IMG/VR virus record: IMGVR_UViG_2938655777_000006 | Span: 16,983-80,982 of that record | Length of the DNA: 64,000 nucleotides | Source: a virus | Lineage: Duplodnaviria > Heunggongvirae > Uroviricota > Caudoviricetes | Reading direction: 5' to 3' (one strand) | Shown here: positions 41,347 to 51,114 of the stretch, piece after piece | Layout: each line of letters begins with the position of its first letter | How positions within the stretch are numbered: position 1 is the stretch's first letter | The notes under the pieces: model-generated | The model's input: the letters and a program-made list of their open reading frames with translations, nothing else | Databases searched by the model: none | Told to the model about the DNA's origin: nothing | Position numbers and translations under genes: made by a program

Positions 41347-41523
41347 ATGACGTTAAGAGAAAGAACGCTTAAGTTAATAATAGAAAGAGGAATAAAGAAA
41401 TCATTTATTGCTAGTAAATTATCAATAAGCAATTCGTTGTTCTCGCTATTTATTAATAATAAGCAGCCACTGCAAAAGCCTGAAATAATGAAACTTGAAG
41501 AACTAATCCAATCTTACAAATAA
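41347..41523 (+). CDS. Small HTH (Cro/XRE-like) protein
   Basis: ATG 41347 after SD GGAGGTG; KKSFIASKLSISNSLFSLF. Confidence 0.7.
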   Translation: MTLRERTLKLIIERGIKKSFIASKLSISNSLFSLFINNKQPLQKPEIMKLEELIQSYK

Positions 41524-41547
41524 ATAAAAATATAAAGGAGAATTACT

Positions 41548-42606
41548 ATGGGAGCTTTGTTGAAGATAGATAACTTTGTTGAGGATAAAAATGTAAGAGA
41601 TCAATACATAGATAGAACTGAAGTGCTTGAAAAAGTGAAATCTCTTTCTATGTTGCCTGACAAGAAACATATGACTGTTAGAGCAGTTGCAGATTTTTAT
41701 GAGGTAGAATACGCCGTAATAGGAAATATGCTTACCAGATACAAAAAAGAGTTTCAAACGGACGGTGTTCATACTTTAACAAGTAAGGATGAGGCTTTTA
41801 ACAAGTTGACAAAAGCCTTGCCCAGCAAGCAATTTGTCGTGAAACTGCTTCCCAAAAGGGCGGTATTGCGAATAGGAATGCTACTAAGAGACAGTGAGGT
41901 GGCAGTCAAGGTAAGAGACTATCTCCTGAAAGTTGAAGAAATATCTACTGTAGAACAAAAGAGAGGCGTTTGGACAGATGCCGATTTGATAACACTCAAT
42001 GAGATAATGAAAGATGAAATTAATAAGGGGAATAGTAAATGGGGTGCCATTAGAACGGCAGCAAAAGTCATTAAAAAGAATCCTCATGCAATTTATCAGA
42101 AGTATCAAAATATCAAAAAGAAACATGGAACATTAGAAAAATTTATTGAAGAAAATAATCTTATTTATTTGAATGCGCAATCCAAGGAAGTTCATGAAGA
42201 AATATCATTAGTAACTGAATCACTAGTAAATGAAGAACAGCAGAACGTAGTAGTAGGAACTTTTCAAACAAAGATGAATAAAATGCTTAATGATATGAAA
42301 AATATTAGCGATTTGGAATCAACTATTAATGAGTTAAAATTAGAAGTCAGAGATCTGAAACATCAACTAGAAATTAAAGAATTAGAATTATCAGCTAATG
42401 CTGAAATCATTACTAAGAAAGGCAAGGTTATTAGTAAGTATAAGAAAGAAAAGTTAGCTTTAGAAGCAAGTATAAAAGCAATCCGAAAAATAGTATTAAA
42501 CGGTGCGAGGGTAAGCAGCGCTGAGCGACAAAATGCTTTAGAATCAGAAACTTTAGGGCGTAAGTATACGCAAGAAAAGAGTGGCATAGTCGAACTAAAA
42601 TCATGA
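41548..42606 (+). CDS. Antirepressor-like DNA-binding protein with Myb/RsfA-like domain and coiled coil
   Basis: VADFYEV and RAVLRIGMLLRDSEVA..VRDYLL antirepressor-type motifs; WTDADL... Myb-like segment. Confidence 0.6.
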   Translation: MGALLKIDNFVEDKNVRDQYIDRTEVLEKVKSLSMLPDKKHMTVRAVADFYEVEYAVIGNMLTRYKKEFQTDGVHTLTSKDEAFNKLTKALPSKQFVVKLLPKRAVLRIGMLLRDSEVAVKVRDYLLKVEEISTVEQKRGVWTDADLITLNEIMKDEINKGNSKWGAIRTAAKVIKKNPHAIYQKYQNIKKKHGTLEKFIEENNLIYLNAQSKEVHEEISLVTESLVNEEQQNVVVGTFQTKMNKMLNDMKNISDLESTINELKLEVRDLKHQLEIKELELSANAEIITKKGKVISKYKKEKLALEASIKAIRKIVLNGARVSSAERQNALESETLGRKYTQEKSGIVELKS

Positions 42607-42799
42607 CAATGAAGCTGAGTCTATAAAGGCTCAGTTTTTTTCATTAATGACAAACAATTAAATATAATGAGTGTTGATATATTATATAGAAGTGTGTTAT
42701 AATTTACCTAACAAAAGGGAAACAACGTATCGTAAATAGCAACAATGTACTGTAATAGATGATCAAACAACGATTTTATAGAGAAAGAGAGGGCATTAA

Positions 42800-43039
42800 A
42801 TGAATGTTTATGTTATAAGGACAAACCAAGGGTATGTAAAGAGCATTCATAGAAGTAAACTCTTTTATACTGATAGCCCAGAATACGCTAAACTATACAA
42901 TTCATCACACAAATGCACTGTGGCAATGGCTAATAATAAGCCGCTATTCAAGAAAACTTCTCCATCCATATACTGTATTAAAGCTGAAATTGAAGCGCTT
43001 GAGGAAATAGAGAATTCATGTCTATCTCAATATTGGTAA
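42800..43039 (+). CDS. Hypothetical protein
   Basis: ORF track; bounded by palindromes 42763 and 43048. Confidence 0.65.
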   Translation: MNVYVIRTNQGYVKSIHRSKLFYTDSPEYAKLYNSSHKCTVAMANNKPLFKKTSPSIYCIKAEIEALEEIENSCLSQYW

Positions 43040-43347
43040 ACAATCTATGAAAACAGTATTTGATAAGGAAGGAGAAAGTAGATGAGTGATAACAAATCAG
43101 TCAACTTTTAAATAACAATAAACGAAAAAGTATCAAATGGGGATTTGATTGATTACGAAGGGAAAACGATGTATATAACAAAAATCAATACAGTTGAGAT
43201 AACACCGGATGGAAAGTTGCTTGTGGTAGGCTTATGCAAGGAAGAACAGATCAGTAGAGTGCTTCGGAAATTCTCAAGACATAAATAGATTGAAGATTAG
43301 CAAATTGAACAATACCTTGCTTAAACAAAAAAATGGAGGCTTTGATT

Positions 43348-43563
43348 ATGCGTAAATATAGAAAAGAAAATGGATTTATGTATATAGATTGGGAGATGTC
43401 TATTGGTTACCCTGGTGCAACACAAGAAGGAACAGCAGAAATTGAACTGACTGAAATTGAAGATAAATCAGATTTGGAGCAAAATGAAATTATTAGCCAA
43501 GCGATATGGGAAGATGCAATGCAGTATGTTGATGTATATCCCAAGAAGACTCAAGGTGAATAA
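43348..43563 (+). CDS. DUF7167-like small acidic protein
   Basis: ATG 43348 after SD GGAGG; SIGYPGATQEGTAEI motif common in Bacillales phages. Confidence 0.55.
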   Translation: MRKYRKENGFMYIDWEMSIGYPGATQEGTAEIELTEIEDKSDLEQNEIISQAIWEDAMQYVDVYPKKTQGE

Positions 43564-43607
43564 ACGTTGTAAAAGCAGGATTTCATTAAAAAGAGGAGAG
43601 GGAGACT

Positions 43608-43838
43608 ATGAAGGAACATACAGGCAAGGTTGTAAGATTTTCTAGTAACAATGGAAATGAGTTTCGAATGGGTGATCTTGCTATATGCATGAATGGAGAG
43701 TCTGGACTTTTTCTAGGTCTTAGTGGAGACAATTTTATGCGTATGTGGTATGAGTCAGGCAAATTTAAAGTGATGCCAACACTTAAGCCAGAAATTGAAG
43801 AACTTTTGTCTAAAGCTCGCTGTAAGTACTTTGAGTAA
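43608..43838 (+). CDS. Hypothetical protein
   Basis: ORF track; SD GAGG. Confidence 0.6.
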   Translation: MKEHTGKVVRFSSNNGNEFRMGDLAICMNGESGLFLGLSGDNFMRMWYESGKFKVMPTLKPEIEELLSKARCKYFE

Positions 43839-43957
43839 AGCACGAATTTATTAAAGCATTTTTATGAGAGAGGGGTTATGTATTAATAAATGAGGTTCTA
43901 ACTCATAGTGAAAAACAAATTGTTCTTTATTCTAAAGGACATTTCCAAAAAACAGAT

Positions 43958-44248
43958 ATGTTTGAGGATATCAGACAAATCACAGCAAAAGCGTTTTCTA
44001 TTCCAGTTGAATCAACTCACTTTTATCACCTGTATAATTATATTACATCAATCTTTTTGAAATTACATGAAGCGGAATACATAACGGAAAGCATGGAGGA
44101 CTTTTTGTGCAGCCTCTTTAAGTGGAAACCTGTTTTAAAACCTGAAGACATGGTAACCAAAATGATTGGACAGATATCAATAGTCAAGGCTTCAGGTTTG
44201 TATCTAGGAGAGGCAGATGATGCGTATTTACTAACCAACAAGAAATGA
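43958..44248 (+). CDS. Hypothetical protein
   Basis: ORF track; weak SD. Confidence 0.45.
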   Translation: MFEDIRQITAKAFSIPVESTHFYHLYNYITSIFLKLHEAEYITESMEDFLCSLFKWKPVLKPEDMVTKMIGQISIVKASGLYLGEADDAYLLTNKK

Positions 44249-44274
44249 ATTAAAAATAAAAGGAGTGCACAAGC

Positions 44275-44616
44275 ATGACAGAAAATGATTTGGACGAGTT
44301 CTTTCTTCCAAGGCTGCAAATTAAATGCGTGAACATAAGCAGTGATTACAGAATTACAGAATGGAAGTATGAATTAGTATACAAACATTTTGATAATGAT
44401 ATTGCTTATGTTTCATTGGGGTCTACAAAAAGAGAAACAGGAAGAACTGAAATACCATTGAATGAAGATGGAACACTAGATTTGCCATTTAGAGATGGTG
44501 TCCATATTAAGCATGATGCTATTCAATTAAACCTGCCCGCATTCGCAATATGTGGAGATATTATTCAAAAAATTGATTTAATTAAATTTAAAAAGAAGCT
44601 CCCTGAGAGGTATTGA
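44275..44616 (+). CDS. Hypothetical protein
   Basis: ORF track; SD AAGGAG. Confidence 0.7.
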   Translation: MTENDLDEFFLPRLQIKCVNISSDYRITEWKYELVYKHFDNDIAYVSLGSTKRETGRTEIPLNEDGTLDLPFRDGVHIKHDAIQLNLPAFAICGDIIQKIDLIKFKKKLPERY

Positions 44617-44768
44617 ATTAATAAAACAGTTATTTTACAAGGAGGTAAGAAAAGAAATGCCTAAATGGTATAATGACCCATATTGTATTTTCGCCTTCTG
44701 TGTTGCAACTCTGACTGTTATTGTAGTGATGATGTTTAAATATGTTTTTTAATAGAGGAGATGAAGAG

Positions 44769-45059
44769 ATGGATTTGAATAGAACATTAATACATATGGG
44801 ATATGGCATTGATTCTTTAGGCTATAAAAACATCAAGAACGAAAAGCAAGAGTTGATGTTGGATATTGCAATTGAACTAGCATCAACATTGTGGAAGTCA
44901 AATAAATTAGATAAATTTGATCTGATTTCTTTTATTGATAGTACAGTTGACGACTTTATAGATGCATTGTATGACGAATTCGAGATTAATCCCGATATAT
45001 CAAGAACAGAATTTATATATGTTTGGTATAAAGATAAAATTCATAAGAACTTGAAATAA
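44769..45059 (+). CDS. Hypothetical protein
   Basis: ATG 44769 after SD GAGGAG. Confidence 0.65.
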   Translation: MDLNRTLIHMGYGIDSLGYKNIKNEKQELMLDIAIELASTLWKSNKLDKFDLISFIDSTVDDFIDALYDEFEINPDISRTEFIYVWYKDKIHKNLK

Positions 45060-45300
45060 GAAGTGCTTAACAGGAGGTAAATATATGAAAGTGTTTGTAA
45101 TACTCGAGGACGTGGAAGAGGCATACGTTTTTAGTGTCAACGGGGTTTTGGTGGAAATTTTTCAAAGTGAAGAAGCAGCAAAGGCATTTTGTGATGAACA
45201 TAATAGAGAAAGACCTTATTCAGAATATTACTATGAAGAACGAGAAGTACGTAAAAGTTGAATTTTACAATGTAAAAAACACATAAGGAGTGGCATATTT

Positions 45301-45540
45301 ATGAACCCACAAGCAATGCAAGAAGCTATGACATTGATGGAAAAGGCAAGGAAGTATGACGAATTAATCGCTTTTCCAGAAAGAGACTATGAGTTGCGCT
45401 GTTCATTTTGTGGTAAGGGTCAATCTGAATTAGATAAAATGGTGACAGCGAAGAACGTGTGTATTTGCAATGAATGTATTGGAGTATGCGTAGAAATTAT
45501 TGCTGAAGATGAGAATGAAGGAGTCAGTACTAATGAATAG
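45301..45540 (+). CDS. Stand-alone ClpX C4-type zinc-binding domain protein
   Basis: CSFCGKGQSELDKMVTAKNVCICNECIGVC closely resembles the ClpX N-terminal ZBD. Confidence 0.85.
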   Translation: MNPQAMQEAMTLMEKARKYDELIAFPERDYELRCSFCGKGQSELDKMVTAKNVCICNECIGVCVEIIAEDENEGVSTNE

Positions 45541-45792
45541 GCAGTGGTTTGTAAAAAGGATCATTCCTATAAGCGCAGTAATCTATGCGATTCTGTCAAT
45601 TGGAATAGCGTTAATGTCGAAGTAATTCAGAATACATAGAACACCTAGTAAAAGCTTGAACAAAAAACGTTGATTCGTTTCATGAATATTAGCTCTTTAC
45701 AGTTAGGAAAACTTATGAGCTAATAAGAGAAGTGATTCGTCGCAAGATTTGGTATACACACTACACTGATAAACAGCTTAGAGGTGAACAGC

Positions 45793-46077
45793 ATGACTTT
45801 ACATAAGTGCAAGAATGAATTTTGTTCAGGAAACATTGTATCTGATTATAAAGAAGCTGAATATTGTCTTAAATGCTATATGGATATGTTGAAAATTCTT
45901 CCCTTGTTTCACATACCAGTTGGAATTATGCCATATAAATCGGCAGAACAGATGAGAAATAACCCAAGTCAATGTAAGATGAAATTTTGTAAGAATAAGG
46001 CGCGGTTGAGAGGTAGATGTTTTAAGTGTTATATCGAGTTTACCAAAAAGCAAGAATCTGAGATGAAAAAGCTATAA
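45793..46077 (+). CDS. Cys-rich hypothetical protein
   Basis: ATG 45793; several CxxC-like pairs. Confidence 0.6.
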   Translation: MTLHKCKNEFCSGNIVSDYKEAEYCLKCYMDMLKILPLFHIPVGIMPYKSAEQMRNNPSQCKMKFCKNKARLRGRCFKCYIEFTKKQESEMKKL

Positions 46078-46219
46078 AAGATTAATTTGACCAAGATCGC
46101 TTAGGCGGTCTTTTTTATATAATTAAATATAATGAAATTATAGAAAACCTATATACAAAAATAATTAAATGAAGTATAATAAAAACATAGAAAAGAACAA
46201 TACATATGAGGTGATAAGC

Positions 46220-46375
46220 ATGTGCAAGGTAACCGTGTTTGAGAAGGTGCTAGGTAAATTAGAGGCGAATATATATTCGTTCGATGATAAAATAGAAATG
46301 GCTAAGTTTGCCGCTCTATGTGAAGCAAATGGTGCAATGGTTGTTATAAATATTGGTTCAAAACAAACGGTGTAA
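46220..46375 (+). CDS. Hypothetical protein
   Basis: ATG 46220 after SD GAGGTG. Confidence 0.6.
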   Translation: MCKVTVFEKVLGKLEANIYSFDDKIEMAKFAALCEANGAMVVINIGSKQTV

Positions 46376-46888
46376 AACTATATTTTTATTACAAGTGACG
46401 AAATAATATAAAACAAAGGAGCCGATTATTATGAAAGTGAAATTGACAATTACTATCGAGATTGATGAGAAAAAATATCCTAATCTTACTAAAGAAACTA
46501 TTCGGACAGAATTGCAAGGGAACTTTGATCTTTACATGCAACAAGTTGAAGAGGAAACAAAGAATTTGCTTACAGATATGAATAGGAATGCATCTAATTG
46601 AGGTTTTGTCAATCTTGAAGAAGCTTGTGCTTTGTTGAGGATTGAATTGAGTCTAAGAAAAATAAAATGATGCTTAGATAGGGAGTGTGAATATGAGAAA
46701 TATTTTTGTAATTGACCCTGAAGGCGACACCAACCAGATCTGTGAATGTGGAAAGGATGCTATGTTTGTGTTGGGTATTAGCAGTGACCAAAATCCCCAT
46801 CATCTATGCGAAGAATGTTTAGGTGAAATTGCCAAAAGAATTATAGATGCATTAGTCTAAATCAAATGATCCTTTTAGAAGGAGTGAT

Positions 46889-47119
46889 TTGGAATGTCTT
46901 CAAGAAAACAATGGTTTGAAAAGTTCATTGGCTGCTGCTTTGGTATTGATGGTGAAGAATACATATTTCAAGGAACATTTTACTAATACCGAAACGAGCA
47001 GTGGCAAACCTTATCAGTATGTATTTGAAGCCGAAGGTAAGCCACAGATAATAATGATGTATAAAGAAGCTCGTTCCACTATGGGGGCGATGATTGATAA
47101 GTACAACAAGCTAAAATGA
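46889..47119 (+). CDS. Hypothetical protein
   Basis: ORF track; bounded by palindromes 46862 and 47112. Confidence 0.6.
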   Translation: MECLQENNGLKSSLAAALVLMVKNTYFKEHFTNTETSSGKPYQYVFEAEGKPQIIMMYKEARSTMGAMIDKYNKLK

Positions 47120-47145
47120 ATATTTCATAAGGAGATGTTGTTGAA

Positions 47146-47331
47146 ATGAACAAGCACAAAATACTTAGCACTATTGAAGAAACAGCAAAAGAATACGATT
47201 GGAGTTTAGATGAAGCACTTGAAAGACTTGAACAAATCGGCTTCGAAATTGGAGAGATAGAAGGAAATGAAAGGTTTACTGAGTCACACGTAAAGATGTC
47301 AGTCGATTTTGCCTATAATGCATCCAGATAA
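47146..47331 (+). CDS. Hypothetical protein
   Basis: ORF track; bounded by palindromes 47112 and 47329. Confidence 0.65.
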   Translation: MNKHKILSTIEETAKEYDWSLDEALERLEQIGFEIGEIEGNERFTESHVKMSVDFAYNASR

Positions 47332-47360
47332 AAAGATTATTTTACAAGGAGATGTAATTC

Positions 47361-47594
47361 ATGAGTAAGAAGTATTTGAGTTATGAAGAACAATTTAATG
47401 AAGTTCTAAATCAGGAAGAAATAAATCGTATTGAAAACGCCGAACTTAGAGACATTAGAATGAAGTACTGGAAATTACAGCGAGACATATTTCTTGATGA
47501 AAAAAATATATCAGATGAAGAATTAAATAAAGTTTCAAAAGAATTACAACGTAAAGAGATGGAAGAAATACAACGATTCAGAAACAAAAAGTGA
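47361..47594 (+). CDS. Hypothetical protein
   Basis: ORF track; bounded by palindromes 47329 and 47604. Confidence 0.65.
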   Translation: MSKKYLSYEEQFNEVLNQEEINRIENAELRDIRMKYWKLQRDIFLDEKNISDEELNKVSKELQRKEMEEIQRFRNKK

Positions 47595-48241
47595 GTAAGT
47601 TCATAAAAGGATTCTTTTAAAAGGAGTTGACCGTGTGTTAGATAGTTGTCCAGTCAAATATTTAGACGAAGAGTGTAAAAAGTGTGGCAGAATGAGAGTT
47701 GAGTTATGGTCTAACTGCGAAAAGATTTGTGAAAAGTGTAATTGGGATCAAGATAAAAACGAATATAATTTCGACTATGATTTATAAGTTGATCAAAGAA
47801 GTATTTCATGGGGAGAGGTAAAGATGACGAGAATTGATCTGGTAAGAGAACGTTTTGAGAATACCGTTATAGAAGATATAGATCAAAAACAGGCTTATTT
47901 AGATTTGATGATACTCTTTGATGAGATACACGACAGAGACATCCTTATCGATGATCTTAGGGATCAGATTGCTGAATTGAAGAAACAGATAAAATAAGTC
48001 TTTTAAAAACAATAATTCATATAACAACGGAGGAATAACTATGTTTACTGTGATCAATACAGAAACCAAACAATACCTTAGAGCAGATTGGGAAGAACAT
48101 CGCGGTCAACTATATACTCATGACATTGATCTAGCTGCAAAGTTCGAAAGTTGGCACGATGCTGAAGATATTATAGAAGTAACAGAACAAGTAGTACCTT
48201 TGTTCGATTAAAAAATAAATATAATTAAAGGAGTGTTTAAA

Positions 48242-48418
48242 ATGGATACATATATGATAGTCGTAGACGGAAAAGTAGAAGAAGAAATCGAGACCGCTGG
48301 ACGCTCCAAAGAAGCAATGAGTTATGTGTTAATTGATCGATTCTATCATTGGAAAGGTTTATCTGGTAATGTCAACATCTATAGCTCTTTGACAGGGAGT
48401 GAATATCGCTATGTTTAA
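48242..48418 (+). CDS. Hypothetical protein
   Basis: ATG 48242 after SD AAAGGAG. Confidence 0.6.
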   Translation: MDTYMIVVDGKVEEEIETAGRSKEAMSYVLIDRFYHWKGLSGNVNIYSSLTGSEYRYV

Positions 48419-48698
48419 AGCTGGGGCATTAAAAGATAATAAGCTGTATGTTAGGAATAATCAGGGCAAGTGGATTGAATTACATGAAGCAGCGAAACAA
48501 TATGAACAGCACAGAAATTTGAAGCATACATAATATAGATAGCCATAATGTGGTCTTTTTAATAAACAAAAATAATGAATATATTGAATGAATAAAAGAA
48601 ATGTGTTATGATTTATTTAACGATAGGTAAACATTGTAAAGGAACTAGTAACATAGTATTGTAGAGTTTGAAGAATATTGCGCAGAGGTGATAACAGA

Positions 48699-48860
48699 AT
48701 GAGTCAGGATAAAAAGAAGATATTCGTATACGACGAAGCAACTAAAAAGGAAATGGAAGTAGATGTTTCACGTATTGTCGCCTTTCAAGCTAGGACTATT
48801 AAAAGGAAGTCATTGTTGGTGGCTTTCATGGATGATGGCAATCAATACATTTTGTTGTAG
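48699..48860 (+). CDS. Hypothetical protein
   Basis: ATG 48699 after SD GAGGTG. Confidence 0.55.
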   Translation: MSQDKKKIFVYDEATKKEMEVDVSRIVAFQARTIKRKSLLVAFMDDGNQYILL

Positions 48861-48890
48861 TAAAAGGTTTATTTTATTAATTGGGGGAAA

Positions 48891-49121
48891 ATGACCATGA
48901 ATAAAGTGTTGGAAGCCAGTAGTAAGGTGACTCAAAAGCAATATAGTGCAGATGAAGCACTAAGGGAATTAAAGTCTGCTCAAAATGAGTATAATGATGC
49001 GCTTATTCAGTCTTGTATTGATGACATACTGAAGATTGTGAATGAAGAAGGAACTATTACGGGACGAGATTTAAAGATATTTCTAAAAGATTTAGTTACT
49101 AATACTTACAAAGTTAAATAA
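48891..49121 (+). CDS. Hypothetical protein
   Basis: ORF track; bounded by palindromes 48861 and 49127. Confidence 0.6.
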   Translation: MTMNKVLEASSKVTQKQYSADEALRELKSAQNEYNDALIQSCIDDILKIVNEEGTITGRDLKIFLKDLVTNTYKVK

Positions 49122-49167
49122 GGTTGTGAAATAACTATTTTACTATAAGAAAAGGAGGCATTCTATT

Positions 49168-49857
49168 ATGGACATATCAAAGGAACTCAAACCAACTAAA
49201 GGTGATATAGCTCACATTACAGCTAAAAACGCAATTGCTTCGATCCCAGTTCTGGGCAATTTACTGTCAGAAGCTTTTTCTTTGTTGGTGACTCAACCCG
49301 CTGAAAAGAGAAAAGAAAATATTCTTATAATGATTGATCAAAGGTTACAACAATTAGAAGGAAACTCTTTTGATATGGGGTCATTGGCAAACAATGAATT
49401 ATTTTTAAGTAGTGTTTTACAGGCAACGCAAATTGCTATGAGAACTCATCAGCAAGATAAGCTTGCCGCTTTGTTAAACATTGTTACTAACGTTGCCACT
49501 GACACAAGTATCGACGATAGTATAGTGCAAATGTACTTAAATATTATAGATACTTTTAATGAATGGCATTTACGTGTACTTTTATTATTAAATAATCCTC
49601 GTAAATACTATGTTGACAAAGGAATTCCTACTCATAATATTGTCACTGGTTCGCCTATGTTGGTATTGTACACTATTTACCCAGAACTAAAATCTAGAGA
49701 GTCATTTACAAAACAAATTCTCAACGATTTATTTCAAAGAGATATGATTTCAACAGATCCTTTTAATATGGTGGCAGTAATTAACGTCGACCGAATGTTG
49801 TCATCTAGAACTACTGAAACAGGTAAACATTTTATTGAATTTATCTCACAAAGATAA
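49168..49857 (+). CDS. Abi-alpha/DUF4393-like protein
   Basis: IPVLGNLL..., FLSSVLQATQIAMRTHQQDKL..L.N, C-terminal wHTH-like TETGKHFIEF; family recognised by eye only. Confidence 0.45.
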   Translation: MDISKELKPTKGDIAHITAKNAIASIPVLGNLLSEAFSLLVTQPAEKRKENILIMIDQRLQQLEGNSFDMGSLANNELFLSSVLQATQIAMRTHQQDKLAALLNIVTNVATDTSIDDSIVQMYLNIIDTFNEWHLRVLLLLNNPRKYYVDKGIPTHNIVTGSPMLVLYTIYPELKSRESFTKQILNDLFQRDMISTDPFNMVAVINVDRMLSSRTTETGKHFIEFISQR

Positions 49858-49900
49858 AATGACTGTTTTATCGCAATTTATAGAAGGAAGGTGTTTAGAT

Positions 49901-50236
49901 ATGACAAAACATTTATGGGAAGTTGAGCATCCTTATTATTGCAATTTGAGCAATTATCGTACAAAAGGAGACGAAGGAGGTTACGAATATAGTTCGTTTG
50001 AAGAGTTTTTGAAAGAATGGGATGATGCCGATATGGATTACCATTTGCTCTTTAGATGGGATTGGAAAGTGTATGACGAAGGTAGCGATGAATTACATAT
50101 GTTTTGGATGCTTCAGCGGAGAGGCGATTATCAATACTGTACAGTTAAAGTAAACAAAGAGGATGAGGATAAAGTAAAAGAGTTCTTGCAGCCAAGATGG
50201 GAGTATATGAAGACATTATGGGAACCTTTTATTTAA
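49901..50236 (+). CDS. Conserved phage hypothetical protein
   Basis: ATG 49901 after SD GAAGGTG; HLWEVEHPYYC, FRWDW. Confidence 0.7.
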   Translation: MTKHLWEVEHPYYCNLSNYRTKGDEGGYEYSSFEEFLKEWDDADMDYHLLFRWDWKVYDEGSDELHMFWMLQRRGDYQYCTVKVNKEDEDKVKEFLQPRWEYMKTLWEPFI

Positions 50237-50277
50237 ATCTCATGATGAAGAAGTGATTCATGTGAAGGAGCATTGCC

Positions 50278-50718
50278 ATGACAAATAAGATTAACCTCTA
50301 CGTAGACGACCTCAGAGACTGTCCAGATGGCTTTGTGGTCGCTCGTACATATTATGAAGCAATACATATATTTGAGACCAGAAGTGTCGGCATTCTTACA
50401 TTAGACCATGATTTAGGCGAAGATGTTGATGGCAAAGAGTCTAATTTTCACCCTACTGGAAGCATCCAAAGAAAATTTAAACTTGAGACAATTGATGAGG
50501 TTTCCTATCTGTTGAAAACCTATATTCATGATTTTGCATTTGGCATTCTGTACAACAACGTTCAGTTTTCACTCTATAAAGAGAGTGATACATTTTATGT
50601 TAGAAATAATAACGGACAAATCTATAAAAATAAATTTGATAAGCCTCCAATTACCTCATTATATGACATGAAAACTAACGAGATAGAAGAAGTAACCACG
50701 TTTATAAGATCAGCATAA
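50278..50718 (+). CDS. Cyclic-phosphate-processing receiver-like N-terminus fused to an unrelated C-terminus
   Basis: LYVDDLRDCP...LTLDHDLGED signature; the usual IHT.N C-terminal half is absent. Confidence 0.6.
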   Translation: MTNKINLYVDDLRDCPDGFVVARTYYEAIHIFETRSVGILTLDHDLGEDVDGKESNFHPTGSIQRKFKLETIDEVSYLLKTYIHDFAFGILYNNVQFSLYKESDTFYVRNNNGQIYKNKFDKPPITSLYDMKTNEIEEVTTFIRSA

Positions 50719-50835
50719 AATGCAAGTTTGATCAGTCTAATTTAATGTAAGGAACAACATAGCATAAAAATACTCAATTGGTATTCCTCTCTTGATTTTT
50801 TATATGCAAAGCAAATTGGAAGGGAGAAAAATAGA

Positions 50836-51114
50836 ATGGCATCAAGTAGACTGACAGATAACTTAAAAACTAAACAAAATAAATGGGGCTATAACCAGCG
50901 TATATGGTTAAGAGGTGCTAGTATTGGGTGGATAAAGGGATATTGTGATATCAAAGATAAGTATGCGGTAGAAAGAATGGTGAATGGAAAATTAGTAGAA
51001 AGATTGTATTTGTCTGAAAATATTGTTGAGTATGAGCCTTGGGATGAAGAAAAGAAGAAACAAAACAAAGAACACATAGAAAATAAAAAAATACACAAGA
51101 GTATAGAAGGCTGA
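50836..51114 (+). CDS. Hypothetical protein
   Basis: ORF track; SD AGGGAG. Confidence 0.6.
   Translation: MASSRLTDNLKTKQNKWGYNQRIWLRGASIGWIKGYCDIKDKYAVERMVNGKLVERLYLSENIVEYEPWDEEKKKQNKEHIENKKIHKSIEG

Larger units (their letters stand above)
37700..50731. repeat. Dispersed array of at least 22 junction palindromes RTVAAA-N6-TTTBAY separating small genes
   Basis: Left-arm starts: 37700, 38143, 38595, 39293, 39658, 42763, 43048, 43570, 44622, 45252, 46075, 46373, 46862, 47112, 47329, 47604, 47793, 47990, 48861, 49127, 49855, 50716. Confidence 0.85.
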
